Below are positions 39,678 to 51,515 of a stretch of 64,000 bases of DNA, piece by piece (within the stretch, counting starts at the first letter, position 1; the number at the start of each line of letters is the position of its first letter). Source of the DNA: an uncultured Candidatus Saccharibacteria bacterium. GTDB taxonomy: Bacteria > Patescibacteriota > Minisyncoccia > Phycocordibacterales > DSPV01. The DNA lies in the NCBI GenBank assembly GCA_964574355.1, contig CAZNMD010000002.1, forward strand, positions 16,595 through 80,594, read 5' to 3'. The position numbers and the translations under genes are program-made. The notes under the pieces are model-generated. The model was given only the letters and a program-made list of their open reading frames with translations, searched no databases and was not told the DNA's origin.

Positions 39678-40886
39678 ATGCTTTTTGCTTATAAGGTTGT
39701 AAATAAAGAAGGTCAAGCATCAGATGGGTCAATTGATGCGGTTAATGTTGATATAGCTATTGCTTCTTTGCAGAGGCGAGGGTTTATCATTTCTTCCATT
39801 AAATCTGCTGAGAAAAAACCGTTACTCCAAATGGATTTGGGGGCTATTTTTGGTGGTGTGAAGGCAAAAGAAGTTGTTATTCTTTCGCGTCAGATGGCGA
39901 CGCTTTTTGAAGCGCAAGTATCGGCATTGCGTGTTTTTCGACTTCTTTCGTCGGAGGGTGAAAATAAAATTTTGCGACAACATTTGGAAAAAGTGGCTGA
40001 TGATATTCAGTCTGGAAGTTCTATTTCGGCAGCACTTGCGAAACACCCAAAGGTTTTTTCTGATTTTTACGTCAACATGGTTCGTGCAGGTGAAGAGTCA
40101 GGGAAGCTTGATGAGACATTTATGTTCTTGGCAGATCATATTGATCGTAGTTATGAACTCACCAGTAAAGCTCGAAATGCGTTCGTGTATCCAGCCTTCA
40201 TTGTTTTGACCTTTATTATCGTTATGGTGTTGATGCTTGTGAAGGTTATTCCGAGTATTGCGGCGATTTTGGAAGGAGAAGGGCAGGAGCTTCCTATTTA
40301 TACAAAAATTGTTATTGGAACAAGTGATTTCTTCGTTCATTACGGAGCATTTGTGGGAGGTGCGGCGGCTCTTGCGGTATATTTTTATATTCGTTACAGA
40401 AAAACAGAAAAAGGGAGATATGCAACAGATCACTTTTTTAATTCAGTTCCGTACCTTGGTGATTTGTATCGAAAATTAGCACTTTCACGCATAGCAGATA
40501 ACTTGCATACCATGATAGGTAGTGCGATTCCTATTGTGAAAGCTCTTGAGGTTACTTCGACGGTTGTTGAAAATGCGGTGTTTGAAAAAATCGTAAAAGA
40601 AACAGTCATTGCCGTTAAAGGAGGTAGTTCAATTTCACAATCGTTCTCTAAGTATCCAGAAATACCAGGCATTATGGTCCAAATGATGCGGGTTGGAGAA
40701 GAAACAGGTGAGCTTGGAAATATTTTAGAGACGATGGCGAAGTTTTATTCGCGTGAAGTAAAAAATGCCGTTGATACGTTGCTTGGTCTTATTGAGCCAA
40801 CAATGATTGTCTTTTTGGCAGGTGGTGTAGGTGTTCTCCTGGCTTCAGTGTTGATGCCGATTTACAATCTCGCAAACGCGTTTTAA
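39678..40886 (+). CDS. pilC: Type IV pilus platform protein PilC (T2SS F family)
   Basis: GEESGKL, YPAFI, GEETGEL and IEP motifs. Confidence 0.95.
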   Translation: MLFAYKVVNKEGQASDGSIDAVNVDIAIASLQRRGFIISSIKSAEKKPLLQMDLGAIFGGVKAKEVVILSRQMATLFEAQVSALRVFRLLSSEGENKILRQHLEKVADDIQSGSSISAALAKHPKVFSDFYVNMVRAGEESGKLDETFMFLADHIDRSYELTSKARNAFVYPAFIVLTFIIVMVLMLVKVIPSIAAILEGEGQELPIYTKIVIGTSDFFVHYGAFVGGAAALAVYFYIRYRKTEKGRYATDHFFNSVPYLGDLYRKLALSRIADNLHTMIGSAIPIVKALEVTSTVVENAVFEKIVKETVIAVKGGSSISQSFSKYPEIPGIMVQMMRVGEETGELGNILETMAKFYSREVKNAVDTLLGLIEPTMIVFLAGGVGVLLASVLMPIYNLANAF

Positions 40887-41050
40887 TGAAAAGGGGTAAT
40901 TGTAGGTTTATCCACAACAATGTTTCCCAGATTTTTCATAGACGTACTATAATGAACCCGTTCCTCACAATGTTCGCCTGTATGCGAAGGGAGGTCGAAC
41001 TCATTCGTTTAGGGCACTCGTGTTTGTATTAATGTTACTTTAATTATTAT

Positions 41051-41527
41051 ATGAAGAATAAAGGTTTTACGCTTATTGAGCTTCTCGTCGTTATTGCTAT
41101 CATCGGTATCCTCTCGTCGGTCGTATTGGCTTCTCTTAATACTGCACGAGGAAAGGGTCGTGATGCAGCAATTAAACAGAATCTCTCAGGTATTCGAACA
41201 GAGGCAGAAATTTATTATGATACAAATAATCAGTACGGTACTGCAATTGCAGCCGCAACTGCTGCTTGTGATTCGTTGCCAACCATGTTCCGAGGCGACA
41301 CTACAATTTTGAACCAAATCACTCAAGCTGAGGCAGCTTCAGGTGCTCAAGCAACATGTGCTATTGGTACAGTTGGTACAGTTCACAGCTTTGCTGTTTC
41401 TGTTCCAATCTTCACCAACGCTGCTGCACAGGAGTGGTGTATTGATAGTAACGGATACGCTGCTGTTACTTCACTTGCAAACGGTGCAACTGGTGGTGCT
41501 GGTTCTACTGCTGTTTGTACGCCGTAA
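41051..41527 (+). CDS. Type IV pilin (candidate major pilin)
   Basis: KG/FTLIELLVVIAIIGILS class III signal; C-terminal WCIDS; own terminator. Confidence 0.93.
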   Translation: MKNKGFTLIELLVVIAIIGILSSVVLASLNTARGKGRDAAIKQNLSGIRTEAEIYYDTNNQYGTAIAAATAACDSLPTMFRGDTTILNQITQAEAASGAQATCAIGTVGTVHSFAVSVPIFTNAAAQEWCIDSNGYAAVTSLANGATGGAGSTAVCTP

Positions 41528-41735
41528 TCCATTTTTTCTCAGTATTCAAAAACACCCACCTTTTGGTGGGTGTTTTTATACACAGAAAAAGGTGTGTTAG
41601 GGACACTTTTAGGATATTATTGCTTTTATAGATTCGGTTTAATACAAATTTATACATGCTAAAATTACAAACAAAAGGTTTCTCTCTTATTGAGCTTCTC
41701 GTCGTTATTGCTATCATCGGTATCCTCTCGTCGGT
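41072..41735 (+). repeat. 50-bp identical direct repeat in two pilin 5' regions (41072-41121 and 41686-41735)
   Basis: cttattgagcttctcgtcgttattgctatcatcggtatcctctcgtcggt in both copies. Confidence 0.9.
41548..41577 (+). terminator. Intrinsic terminator after first pilin
   Basis: aaaaacacccacc-tttt-ggtgggtgttttt. Confidence 0.85.
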
Positions 41736-42117
41736 AACGTTGGCCACATTGAATGTTGCTCGCGCCAAGGGTGCAGATGCGGCGATTAAAGCAGATTTAG
41801 ATTCAATTAGAAAACAGGTAGGACTCTATTTTGATGATAATACCCACTACGGATCTGATGCTGCAGATTGTACGACTGGTATTTTTACCGATCCTGTCAT
41901 TGTGAGTGCGATTACTCACGCTGAATCAGTAAGTGGAGCAACAGCAACATGTGTTTCTGATGACTCAGATCCTGCAGCGGGAACAGCGACAAGTTGGGCT
42001 ATTTCTGTTCCGCTTAAGACTGATGGTACCGTTTCTTGGTGTGTAGATGGTTTTGAAAATGTTGGTCTTGGCGTTGCTGACAATACAACAAATCCAAACG
42101 TTGCCGAGTGTCATTAG
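41656..42117 (+). CDS. Type IV pilin
   Basis: KG/FSLIELLVVIAIIGILS; WCVD. Confidence 0.93.
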   Translation: MLKLQTKGFSLIELLVVIAIIGILSSVTLATLNVARAKGADAAIKADLDSIRKQVGLYFDDNTHYGSDAADCTTGIFTDPVIVSAITHAESVSGATATCVSDDSDPAAGTATSWAISVPLKTDGTVSWCVDGFENVGLGVADNTTNPNVAECH

Positions 42118-42129
42118 TTTACTTATTTT

Positions 42130-42170
42130 AAAAAACACAATTCCCGAGCATGTCGGGAATTGTGTTTTTT
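42130..42170 (+). terminator. Intrinsic terminator after second pilin
   Basis: aaaaaacacaattcccga-gcatg-tcgggaattgtgtttttt. Confidence 0.8.
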
Positions 42171-42184
42171 AGTGATACACTTAT

Positions 42185-43045
42185 GTGATGGGTATCAATT
42201 TTTTTGATACAGTGTTTGTTCTTTTTTTTGGAGCTGTCGTTGGCAGTTTTCTTAACGTAGTTATTATTCGTTTGAAGACAGGTCGAACAATTGTACAAGG
42301 TCGTTCGATGTGTATGTCGTGCGGTAAACAACTTGCTTGGTTTGAACTTATTCCAGTTGTAAGCTATCTTTTTTTAAAAGGAAGATGTTCTGGATGCAAA
42401 GCAGAGGTTTCGTTTCAATATCCTGTGGTTGAATGGGGAACGGCTATTCTTTTCTTTATTGCATATGGTGTTGTTTTTTCTAATCCACTTAGTAGTGGAT
42501 TGGCCCCGTTGTTGTTCCTTTGGATTCAAATAGCCCTTCTTGTTGTTATTAGTGGGTATGATTTGCGTCATAAAATAATTCCCGAAGGTCCGCTTTATGT
42601 TCTCGCGATTGTGGCTATTGTAAAAACGATTGCTGTCGGTGTTGGTTTTTCTTACGGAGCGATCATTAATACACTTGGTTGGCAGATTCTTACTGCGATT
42701 CTGTTGTTTATTCCTTTTTATTTATTATGGAAAGTTTCGAATGGTCGGTGGATGGGTTTTGGTGACGCAAAAATAGCTTTTGTCATAGGGCTTCTCCTTC
42801 CTGGGATTGAAGGTCTTTCGGCGGTTCTTCTTGCCTTTTATATTGGTGCGGTGACAGCTGTTTCAATTATTGTTGCACAAAAATTTCAACGTTTGATTGC
42901 TGCAAAAAAAACAAAAGGTATTGTATTGACCATGGCAAGCGAAATGCCATTTGGACCATTTTTGGCTATCGGTACGATTCTTGTTGGTTTGTATAGCGCA
43001 GGAGCTTTTTGGCTCTTACCTTTTTTGCCCGTACTTGGTATGTAG
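42185..43045 (+). CDS. pilD: Prepilin peptidase
   Basis: GSFLNVVI, RSMCMSC...GRCSGC, MGFGDAK and PFGPFL. Confidence 0.95.
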   Translation: MMGINFFDTVFVLFFGAVVGSFLNVVIIRLKTGRTIVQGRSMCMSCGKQLAWFELIPVVSYLFLKGRCSGCKAEVSFQYPVVEWGTAILFFIAYGVVFSNPLSSGLAPLLFLWIQIALLVVISGYDLRHKIIPEGPLYVLAIVAIVKTIAVGVGFSYGAIINTLGWQILTAILLFIPFYLLWKVSNGRWMGFGDAKIAFVIGLLLPGIEGLSAVLLAFYIGAVTAVSIIVAQKFQRLIAAKKTKGIVLTMASEMPFGPFLAIGTILVGLYSAGAFWLLPFLPVLGM

Positions 43046-43054
43046 GTTAACAAA

Positions 43055-43663
43055 ATGAGTTTTTCGCAGAAAAATAAAGGATTTACTCTTGTAGAGCTTC
43101 TTATTGTTATGGCTCTTGTGGTTATGCTTATTGCGGTTGTGGTTGGTCAGGATCGAGCTGATGTCTCACGGTTTTTGTATGAAGATGTTTCGTATCGAGT
43201 TGCTCTTTCCGTTCGACAGGCACAATCATATGGTATTTCTGCCCGTGAATATGTGGCGGCCGGCGGGGGTAGTCGTTCTTTTTGCGGGGCTTATGGTCTT
43301 CATTTTAATATGACCACTCCAACTCAGTATCTTGTTTTCAATGATCCTGGTGGTACTCCTTCCTCTTTTATTTGTCCGGTTAATGATGGAGATTATGATG
43401 TTGGTGAACCGATTCTCGAGACGGTTCTTTTGAAGGGTGGAGTTTCGATTAGTGGTATATGTGTATGGAATTCAGGGGGAACAAGGGTGTGTAATCCTGG
43501 GATAACACAGATGAATATTTCTTTTCAACGCCCCAATCCCGAACCATTAAGTACCAATCGCCAATATTGTGTGGATCTTTCTTTTCCAAACGGCAGCCAT
43601 CGGTCTATTATAGTAAGGCGAACAGGACAAGTAAGTGTTCTTGAAGGTGTATGTCCATTGTAA
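43055..43663 (+). CDS. Minor pilin (FimT/FimU-like)
   Basis: KG/FTLVELL class III signal. Confidence 0.85.
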   Translation: MSFSQKNKGFTLVELLIVMALVVMLIAVVVGQDRADVSRFLYEDVSYRVALSVRQAQSYGISAREYVAAGGGSRSFCGAYGLHFNMTTPTQYLVFNDPGGTPSSFICPVNDGDYDVGEPILETVLLKGGVSISGICVWNSGGTRVCNPGITQMNISFQRPNPEPLSTNRQYCVDLSFPNGSHRSIIVRRTGQVSVLEGVCPL

Positions 43664-44217
43664 AAAAACAAAATATATCTACATGTAAAAAAGGTTTTAC
43701 TCTTATTGAGGTATTAGTTTCAATGGGAGTTTTTACTATCATTATGACTATGGTTGCGGGCACAATCTCATCAATGATGGTTGCTCGAGTGAGTGCTCGA
43801 AATACAAGGGCTGCTCTTGATAATGTTAGTTCGGCGATTGAGTATATGATTCGAGAAGTTCGTTCCGGAAGTACGTACCATTGTGATGTTTCGGTTGGTA
43901 ATGTTGATTTGCCTCGTGATTGTGCTGGGGGGTCAAATTCCTTTTCGTTTTATGATTCTCATCCTGTTAGGCGCTCATATACATTTGATTCGGCAAACGG
44001 GGTAATTCTTACAGCAATCGGAAGTAACCCACCAATGAAGTTGAATGAACCGGCTGAATTTTGGGTTGATAGTTTTATTGTGAGTGTTGAAGGAGCTGAG
44101 GATATAACGGATACTGTACCTCCGTTTGTAACATTTAAAATTGCTGGTCATGCGAGGAACTTAAAAGTTCCGCTTACTATGGTGTTTCAGACGAGTGTAT
44201 CGCAACGCGCTCGATAG
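43651..44217 (+). CDS. Minor pilin (PilW-like)
   Basis: KG/FTLIEVL class III signal. Confidence 0.85.
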   Translation: MSIVKKQNISTCKKGFTLIEVLVSMGVFTIIMTMVAGTISSMMVARVSARNTRAALDNVSSAIEYMIREVRSGSTYHCDVSVGNVDLPRDCAGGSNSFSFYDSHPVRRSYTFDSANGVILTAIGSNPPMKLNEPAEFWVDSFIVSVEGAEDITDTVPPFVTFKIAGHARNLKVPLTMVFQTSVSQRAR

Positions 44218-44225
44218 GTGTATGT

Positions 44226-44765
44226 ATGATGTATTCTATGTATAAACAGCACAAACAAAAATCTGGTTTTACCCTCATTGAAGCACTTTTTGGTATCACG
44301 ATAATTATGTTTGCGCTTTTGGGGCCATTAATGCTCATTAATAATAGTTTAAAAGCTGCGCACGAAGTTCGTGATCAAACAATAGCCTCGTATCTTGCTT
44401 TTGAAGCGATCGAAGCGATACGGAATGTGCGTGATGAAAGAGCGCTTGAGAATCCGACTCACGGTCCTGACGCCGATTGGTTAGGGTCAATGAGGCAATG
44501 TGTCGGTTCTCCTTGTTGGCTTGATGTAAACAATACAGGTACTCCTGCCTTTACCGCTTGTGGTGGTGCATGTCCGGCAATGGAGCGTTCCGCAACAGGG
44601 TATGGCTATGGAGGAATGGGTAGTACGAGTTCATTTGTTCGCAGTATTATTTTAGACGAAGCGGCAGCAATGCCTCACTATCATGCAACAGCGACAATTT
44701 CAGTGAGTTGGCAAGGTGTTACTTCTCGTTCAGTGATCTATGAATATCATATTTATAACTGGTAA
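44226..44765 (+). CDS. Minor pilin (PilV-like)
   Basis: SG/FTLIEAL; AFEAIEAIRN. Confidence 0.85.
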   Translation: MMYSMYKQHKQKSGFTLIEALFGITIIMFALLGPLMLINNSLKAAHEVRDQTIASYLAFEAIEAIRNVRDERALENPTHGPDADWLGSMRQCVGSPCWLDVNNTGTPAFTACGGACPAMERSATGYGYGGMGSTSSFVRSIILDEAAAMPHYHATATISVSWQGVTSRSVIYEYHIYNW

Positions 44766-45330
44766 AAAAAGTACTCAAGAAAGTAAAAAAGGCGTTGCCA
44801 TAATTATGGCCATTATTTTGGCAGCTCAATTGGTCGTTGTTGGTGCTGCCGTTCATGCTATTTCTTTGCGTGAACAACAGCTTTCGACTCTTGCCGATGA
44901 GTCAGTTCGGGCATATGCTGCCGCTGAATCTATGATGGAATGTGCGTTGTTTCAAGATACGCGTATTGGAAATTTTGGTACAGAAACACCGATAGCTTTT
45001 TCTTGTGGTACTGCCTGGAATATTGATGGGTATGTACCCCAGGCTGAAGATAATACTGACTCAATTGTTGGTATTCCCGACAACGAGTGTCGTGATTACA
45101 GTCCGACATCCGGCGATGGAGATTGTTCGTTTTTTGCCCCAACTCCAGGCTTGACGTCAATTGGTTTAACTGGGTATCCAAACGGACCTTGTGCTGACGT
45201 TTATATATATAAATTTGTTGATGCTGCGGGCTTTATTCTTACCGGAATAGCCGCACATGGTGCAAATACGTGTGATCCAACAAGTCGCCGACTAGAAAGA
45301 GGGGTTACTGTTTTCTATCCTAGACCGTAA
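44740..45330 (+). CDS. PilX-like minor pilin
   Basis: KG/VAII signal lacking Glu5; AYAAAESMMECAL. Confidence 0.75.
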   Translation: MNIIFITGKKSTQESKKGVAIIMAIILAAQLVVVGAAVHAISLREQQLSTLADESVRAYAAAESMMECALFQDTRIGNFGTETPIAFSCGTAWNIDGYVPQAEDNTDSIVGIPDNECRDYSPTSGDGDCSFFAPTPGLTSIGLTGYPNGPCADVYIYKFVDAAGFILTGIAAHGANTCDPTSRRLERGVTVFYPRP

Positions 45331-45342
45331 ATGGTAAGGTAA

Positions 45343-47367
<2,025 letters not shown>

Positions 47368-47450
47368 TTTCTTTTGGAATATGGATAAGAAAGTTCATTC
47401 GGTGAGATGAATTTTTGATATGTTTTGTGTTATGATGGCGTCAAACGTCT

Positions 47451-47732
47451 ATGCTTACCATACAAGAAATAGATAAGCTTCTTGCGCTTGCTCGAATGGA
47501 GATACCTGCGGAAGAAAAGGAGAAACTTCGAACGGATATCGATTCAATTTTGAATTACATTGATCAGTTAAAAGAAGCTGCAGCAAAGGCGCCTAAGACA
47601 GAAAAGGTGCTTAATCGAAATGTTCTTCGAGGTGACGATCAACCGAGCGTTTCAGGGAAAGATACTGCTGCTTTAGTTGCTGCTGCTCCTGAATCACAAG
47701 ATGGGTATGTGAAGGTTAAGAAGATTATGTAA
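47451..47732 (+). CDS. gatC: Glu/Asp-tRNA amidotransferase subunit C
   Basis: LAR...ILNYIDQL...NVLR.D...YVKV; precedes gatA. Confidence 0.9.
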   Translation: MLTIQEIDKLLALARMEIPAEEKEKLRTDIDSILNYIDQLKEAAAKAPKTEKVLNRNVLRGDDQPSVSGKDTAALVAAAPESQDGYVKVKKIM

Positions 47733-47734
47733 AC

Positions 47735-49180
47735 GTGTTTATGAAGTTAGATGTTGATACATTAACAATCAAGGATATACGTGCCGGTCTCGATGCCGGA
47801 GATTTTTCCTCGGTTGATTTAGTGAAAGCGTATCGAAAACGAATTGATGAAAAAAATGGCAACATCAATGCACTTTTGGAAGTATTTGATGATGCGATAG
47901 TAGAGGCAAAGGAGGCTGACAAGCGTCTTGCGGCAGGGGAGAGCCTGCCTCTTTTGGGTGTACCTTTTGGGATCAAAGATAATATTTTGATAAAAGGAAA
48001 ACGCGCAGGATCAGCCTCGAAAATTCTTGAGGGTTACGTGGCGCCATATGATGCAACAGTAATCTCAAAGTTGAAAAAAGAAGGAGCGGTTTTTTTGGGT
48101 CGCGCAAATATGGATGAGTTTGCGATGGGTGGTTCGACCGAAAACAGTGCGTATGGGGTAACAAAAAATCCACATGACGAAAGTCGAGTAGCCGGAGGAT
48201 CTTCTGGTGGTTCAGCTGCGCTTGTGGCAATGGGAGGAGCACCAGCTGCACTTGGTTCTGATACTGGCGGTTCTGTTCGACAACCGGCATCGTTTTGCGG
48301 CCTTGTTGGGATGAAGCCAACCTATGGTGCGGTGTCGCGCTATGGGGTTATGGCGATGGGCTCGTCGCTTGATCAAATTGGTCCTTTTGCAAAAACGGTC
48401 GCTGATGCAAAAACAATTTTTGACGCTATTCGTGGAAAAGATCGTTTTGATGGTACAACATTTGAGGAGGGGGCATATAGTTTACCAAAAGAAAAGAAGA
48501 AATATGTTATTGGTGTCCCGCGAACATTTACCAATGCTAAAGGTGTTGATCCTCGGGTTATAAAGAATCTAGAAGATTCGGTTGCGGTCTTGAAAAAAGC
48601 TGGCATGGAGATTCGTGATATTGAATTACCGAACGCAAAGTATGCGCTTGCGGTTTACTACATTTTGATGCCAGCTGAAGCGTCGACGAATCTTGCGCGG
48701 TTTGATGGTATGCGTTTTGGGGCACGTATTGAAGGAGATGTGTTGCTTGGTGATTATGCGAAAACACGAGGTACGCTTTTTGGTCCGGAAGTGCGTCGCC
48801 GTATCGTACTTGGTACTTATGTTCTTTCTGCTGGTTATTACGATGCCTATTACGGAAAAGCCGAAGCAACTCGGGCGGTTATTAAAGAAGATTTCAAACA
48901 AATTTTTGAAAGCGGTGTAGATGCGATTTTAACACCGACGGCTCCGACTCCTGCCTTTAAAATCGGTGAGAAAGCTAATGATCCCATTGAAATGTATTTG
49001 GCTGATATTTTCACAGTCACTGCAAATATTGTAGGTGTTCCTGCTATATCGGTTCCCTCGGGTTTTGTTGATGAGGGTGGAAAAAAATTGCCACTTGGTA
49101 TGCAGTTTATGTCTGATTGGGGGCGGGATGATGTATTGTTTAGGATAGCGGAGTCTTTTGAAAAGGGGCAGAGTCAGTAG
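47735..49180 (+). CDS. gatA: Glu/Asp-tRNA amidotransferase subunit A
   Basis: NMDEFAMG, GGSSGGS, SDTGGS and EVRRRIVLGTYVLS. Confidence 0.98.
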   Translation: MFMKLDVDTLTIKDIRAGLDAGDFSSVDLVKAYRKRIDEKNGNINALLEVFDDAIVEAKEADKRLAAGESLPLLGVPFGIKDNILIKGKRAGSASKILEGYVAPYDATVISKLKKEGAVFLGRANMDEFAMGGSTENSAYGVTKNPHDESRVAGGSSGGSAALVAMGGAPAALGSDTGGSVRQPASFCGLVGMKPTYGAVSRYGVMAMGSSLDQIGPFAKTVADAKTIFDAIRGKDRFDGTTFEEGAYSLPKEKKKYVIGVPRTFTNAKGVDPRVIKNLEDSVAVLKKAGMEIRDIELPNAKYALAVYYILMPAEASTNLARFDGMRFGARIEGDVLLGDYAKTRGTLFGPEVRRRIVLGTYVLSAGYYDAYYGKAEATRAVIKEDFKQIFESGVDAILTPTAPTPAFKIGEKANDPIEMYLADIFTVTANIVGVPAISVPSGFVDEGGKKLPLGMQFMSDWGRDDVLFRIAESFEKGQSQ

Positions 49181-49195
49181 TTTTTTGTAATTTTT

Positions 49196-51265
49196 ATGGC
49201 GGAAAAAGAAAAAAAGAAACCTGTAACACTATCCGATACGATTGGGGAAATTGTGACAATTATTGTCATTCTTCTTGTCATCAGTTCTCTTTTGGGAAGG
49301 CTTTCGGCGTTTATGACGACCGTGAGCGATCGTTTTCATGCCGCCTTGGGTGATCTTCCTGTTGGGGCAACTCCTATTGGTAGTACGGTTATTTCTTCCG
49401 GGGAGACAACTATTTTTGACGGCGAAGGGAATGAGATTGGTGTACAGCCATCTGGAGTTGCAGGAGTTGTTACTTCTGGCCCGATGTTTCGTGATGGCGA
49501 ACGCTATTGGTACATCGATTTTGATCCGCCAGGTGAGTCGGCAGATGGGTCACCGGACGGTTGGGTAAAAGAGAGTTCTCTTAAAACAAATAGAGGTTTG
49601 CCGTTTATTCCCGGCGACACTCCAGTTGGGACTGATATTGAGTTACGTAAAGCAATGAATGTGTATGATGTTCCTGGTGGAACAAAAATTGCTACAAAAG
49701 GTGCTGGTTCTGTTGGAACAGTTGTTGGTGGACCAAAAGCAGATGGTAGTACGCGATACTGGTTGATAGATTTTGATCCTCCGGGTCCTGGAGGGGGTGA
49801 TGGATGGGTTGCCGAAGAAGGTTTGAGCAACACTGACGGTTCTGATTTTCGTCCGGGAGGTACGCCTGTTGGACGTGAAGTCTCAACAAGAAAAGATGCT
49901 GACGTCTTTAATGACTTTAATGAAGACCCCGAATCCCAAGACAAGGGAGCTATTGGTGTGATTGTAGATGGTCCGTTTATGGTGAACGGTATGCGTTATT
50001 GGCATGTTGATTTTGATGAAGGACCTGATGGATGGGTTGAAGAGAAAAAATTAACACCAGCTCCTTCTTTTAAACCCGGTTCAACTCCTGTTGGGGATAG
50101 AATTAGTGTTTTGGAAATAGGTGGAACGTCTGTTCATCAAAGCCCGGGAGGTACTATTCTTGGAATGGTGTCTGTTGGTAGTGAAGGTGTTATTACTGCC
50201 GGACCAATTTTTACTGGCAATGAACGATGGTGGTACATCGATTTTGACGGGGGTCCTGACGGGTGGGTCCGCGAATCTTCGATTGAAGAAGATTCTGGTG
50301 CTTTGTTTGAACCAGGACAAACATCTGTTGGTAATCGAATGATTACAGGGGTAAATACGGTTGTTCGTGATGGGCCAGCGGGTGCAATTATTGGTGGTCA
50401 CGCGGCTGGTGCGGCTGGTACTGTTTCTGAAGGTCCTGTCTTAAAAGAAGGGCAGCGGTATTGGTACGTTGATTTTGATCCTTCAGGAAGTGGTGGCCCT
50501 GATGGGTGGATTATGGAGTTTGATATGAGAAATCCTGATGGGACGGTTTTCGATGCGGGAGATACTCCGGTTGGTAGTATGGTTCAAACAAAGAGAAAGA
50601 CTAGTGTCTACGATGATGCTGGTGAAAAGATTGGAACACAAAAAATGGGGAGGAAAGGTTCGGTTGAACGTGGGCCAATTTCACGAGATGGCGAGCGGTA
50701 TTGGTACATCGATTTTGTCAGTGGTCATGACGGGTGGGTTGCCGAGAAGGATATATTCTCTTATACAGAGCCGAGTTTGTGGAGAAGAATTGTTGATCTA
50801 GGTATTACGATTGTAAGAGTCTTACTTTGGATTCTCGCTGGATTGTTTCTTGTTGCGATTGTGGTTGTTGTTATTCGAACAAATTCAGTTGCAGCTGAGC
50901 TTAATGCATCAGTGAAACCAACAAAAGTAGAAGATGTATTAGTTCCTCAAAAAAATGCTGCATGGCAACGAGTCATGGAGCTTTCAGAATCAGACAATCC
51001 TTCTGAATGGAAGTTGGCTATTATAGAAGCTGATGCAATGCTCGATCGAATGCTTAAGGGTATGGGGTATCCAGGTGATACTGTTGGGGATCGATTGAAG
51101 GCGATTGAACGGAGTGATTTTACTTCATTAGATGATGCGTGGGAGGCGCATAAGGTTCGAAATAGAATTGCTCACGAAGGTGGAGACTTCTTAATAACGG
51201 GTAGAGAAACAAGACGAGTCATTCTTATGTATAAGCGAGTCTTTGAAGAGTTTCGGTTGATATAA
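49196..51265 (+). CDS. Membrane protein: TM, six SH3b-like repeats, TM, HEPN-like domain
   Basis: Six ~70-85-aa repeats GxTPVG...GP...RYWxIDFD...DGWVxE; C-terminal RNRIAH (R-x4-H). Confidence 0.75.
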   Translation: MAEKEKKKPVTLSDTIGEIVTIIVILLVISSLLGRLSAFMTTVSDRFHAALGDLPVGATPIGSTVISSGETTIFDGEGNEIGVQPSGVAGVVTSGPMFRDGERYWYIDFDPPGESADGSPDGWVKESSLKTNRGLPFIPGDTPVGTDIELRKAMNVYDVPGGTKIATKGAGSVGTVVGGPKADGSTRYWLIDFDPPGPGGGDGWVAEEGLSNTDGSDFRPGGTPVGREVSTRKDADVFNDFNEDPESQDKGAIGVIVDGPFMVNGMRYWHVDFDEGPDGWVEEKKLTPAPSFKPGSTPVGDRISVLEIGGTSVHQSPGGTILGMVSVGSEGVITAGPIFTGNERWWYIDFDGGPDGWVRESSIEEDSGALFEPGQTSVGNRMITGVNTVVRDGPAGAIIGGHAAGAAGTVSEGPVLKEGQRYWYVDFDPSGSGGPDGWIMEFDMRNPDGTVFDAGDTPVGSMVQTKRKTSVYDDAGEKIGTQKMGRKGSVERGPISRDGERYWYIDFVSGHDGWVAEKDIFSYTEPSLWRRIVDLGITIVRVLLWILAGLFLVAIVVVVIRTNSVAAELNASVKPTKVEDVLVPQKNAAWQRVMELSESDNPSEWKLAIIEADAMLDRMLKGMGYPGDTVGDRLKAIERSDFTSLDDAWEAHKVRNRIAHEGGDFLITGRETRRVILMYKRVFEEFRLI

Positions 51266-51271
51266 AACAAA

Positions 51272-51301
51272 AATAAAACCGCTTCAAACAGCGGTTTTAT
51301 T
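51272..51301. terminator. Bidirectional terminator
   Basis: aataaaaccgct-tcaaac-agcggttttatt. Confidence 0.8.
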
Positions 51302-51305
51302 GTGC

Positions 51306-51515
51306 TTGTTGCGGGGCCGGGGTTGGTCACGAGTTACTAAGCTTTTTGTTTTGCTTTGCTCACAAAAATCTAAGTACTCTCGACCCCACCTCGCTGTCGC
51401 TCCATCGCAACATGCTGCGGCTTGCAATTCCCAACGCGAGCAAAGCAGTTTGCTCGCTGCTCACGCAATATGTGAAAAAGTCCCGGCCACAAAGGTCGAG
51501 ACTTTTTCTACATTG
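51306..51515. repeat. tRNA-3'-end-associated structured element, copy 3 (tRNA-fMet)
   Basis: 16-bp direct repeat ttgttgcggggccggg (51306-51321 = 51513-51528); degenerate inverted tRNA end at 51423-51470, split by a 25-nt hairpin at 51434-51458. Confidence 0.85.

Noticed and set aside
40900-41050. c-di-GMP or other riboswitch in the pilin leader
   Set aside because: Some pairing (ttcgc/gcgaa) but no recognisable riboswitch consensus
49350-50760. CRISPR-like or DNA-level tandem repeat
   Set aside because: The recurring nucleotide motifs simply encode the protein repeats; no CRISPR array is seen anywhere in the window
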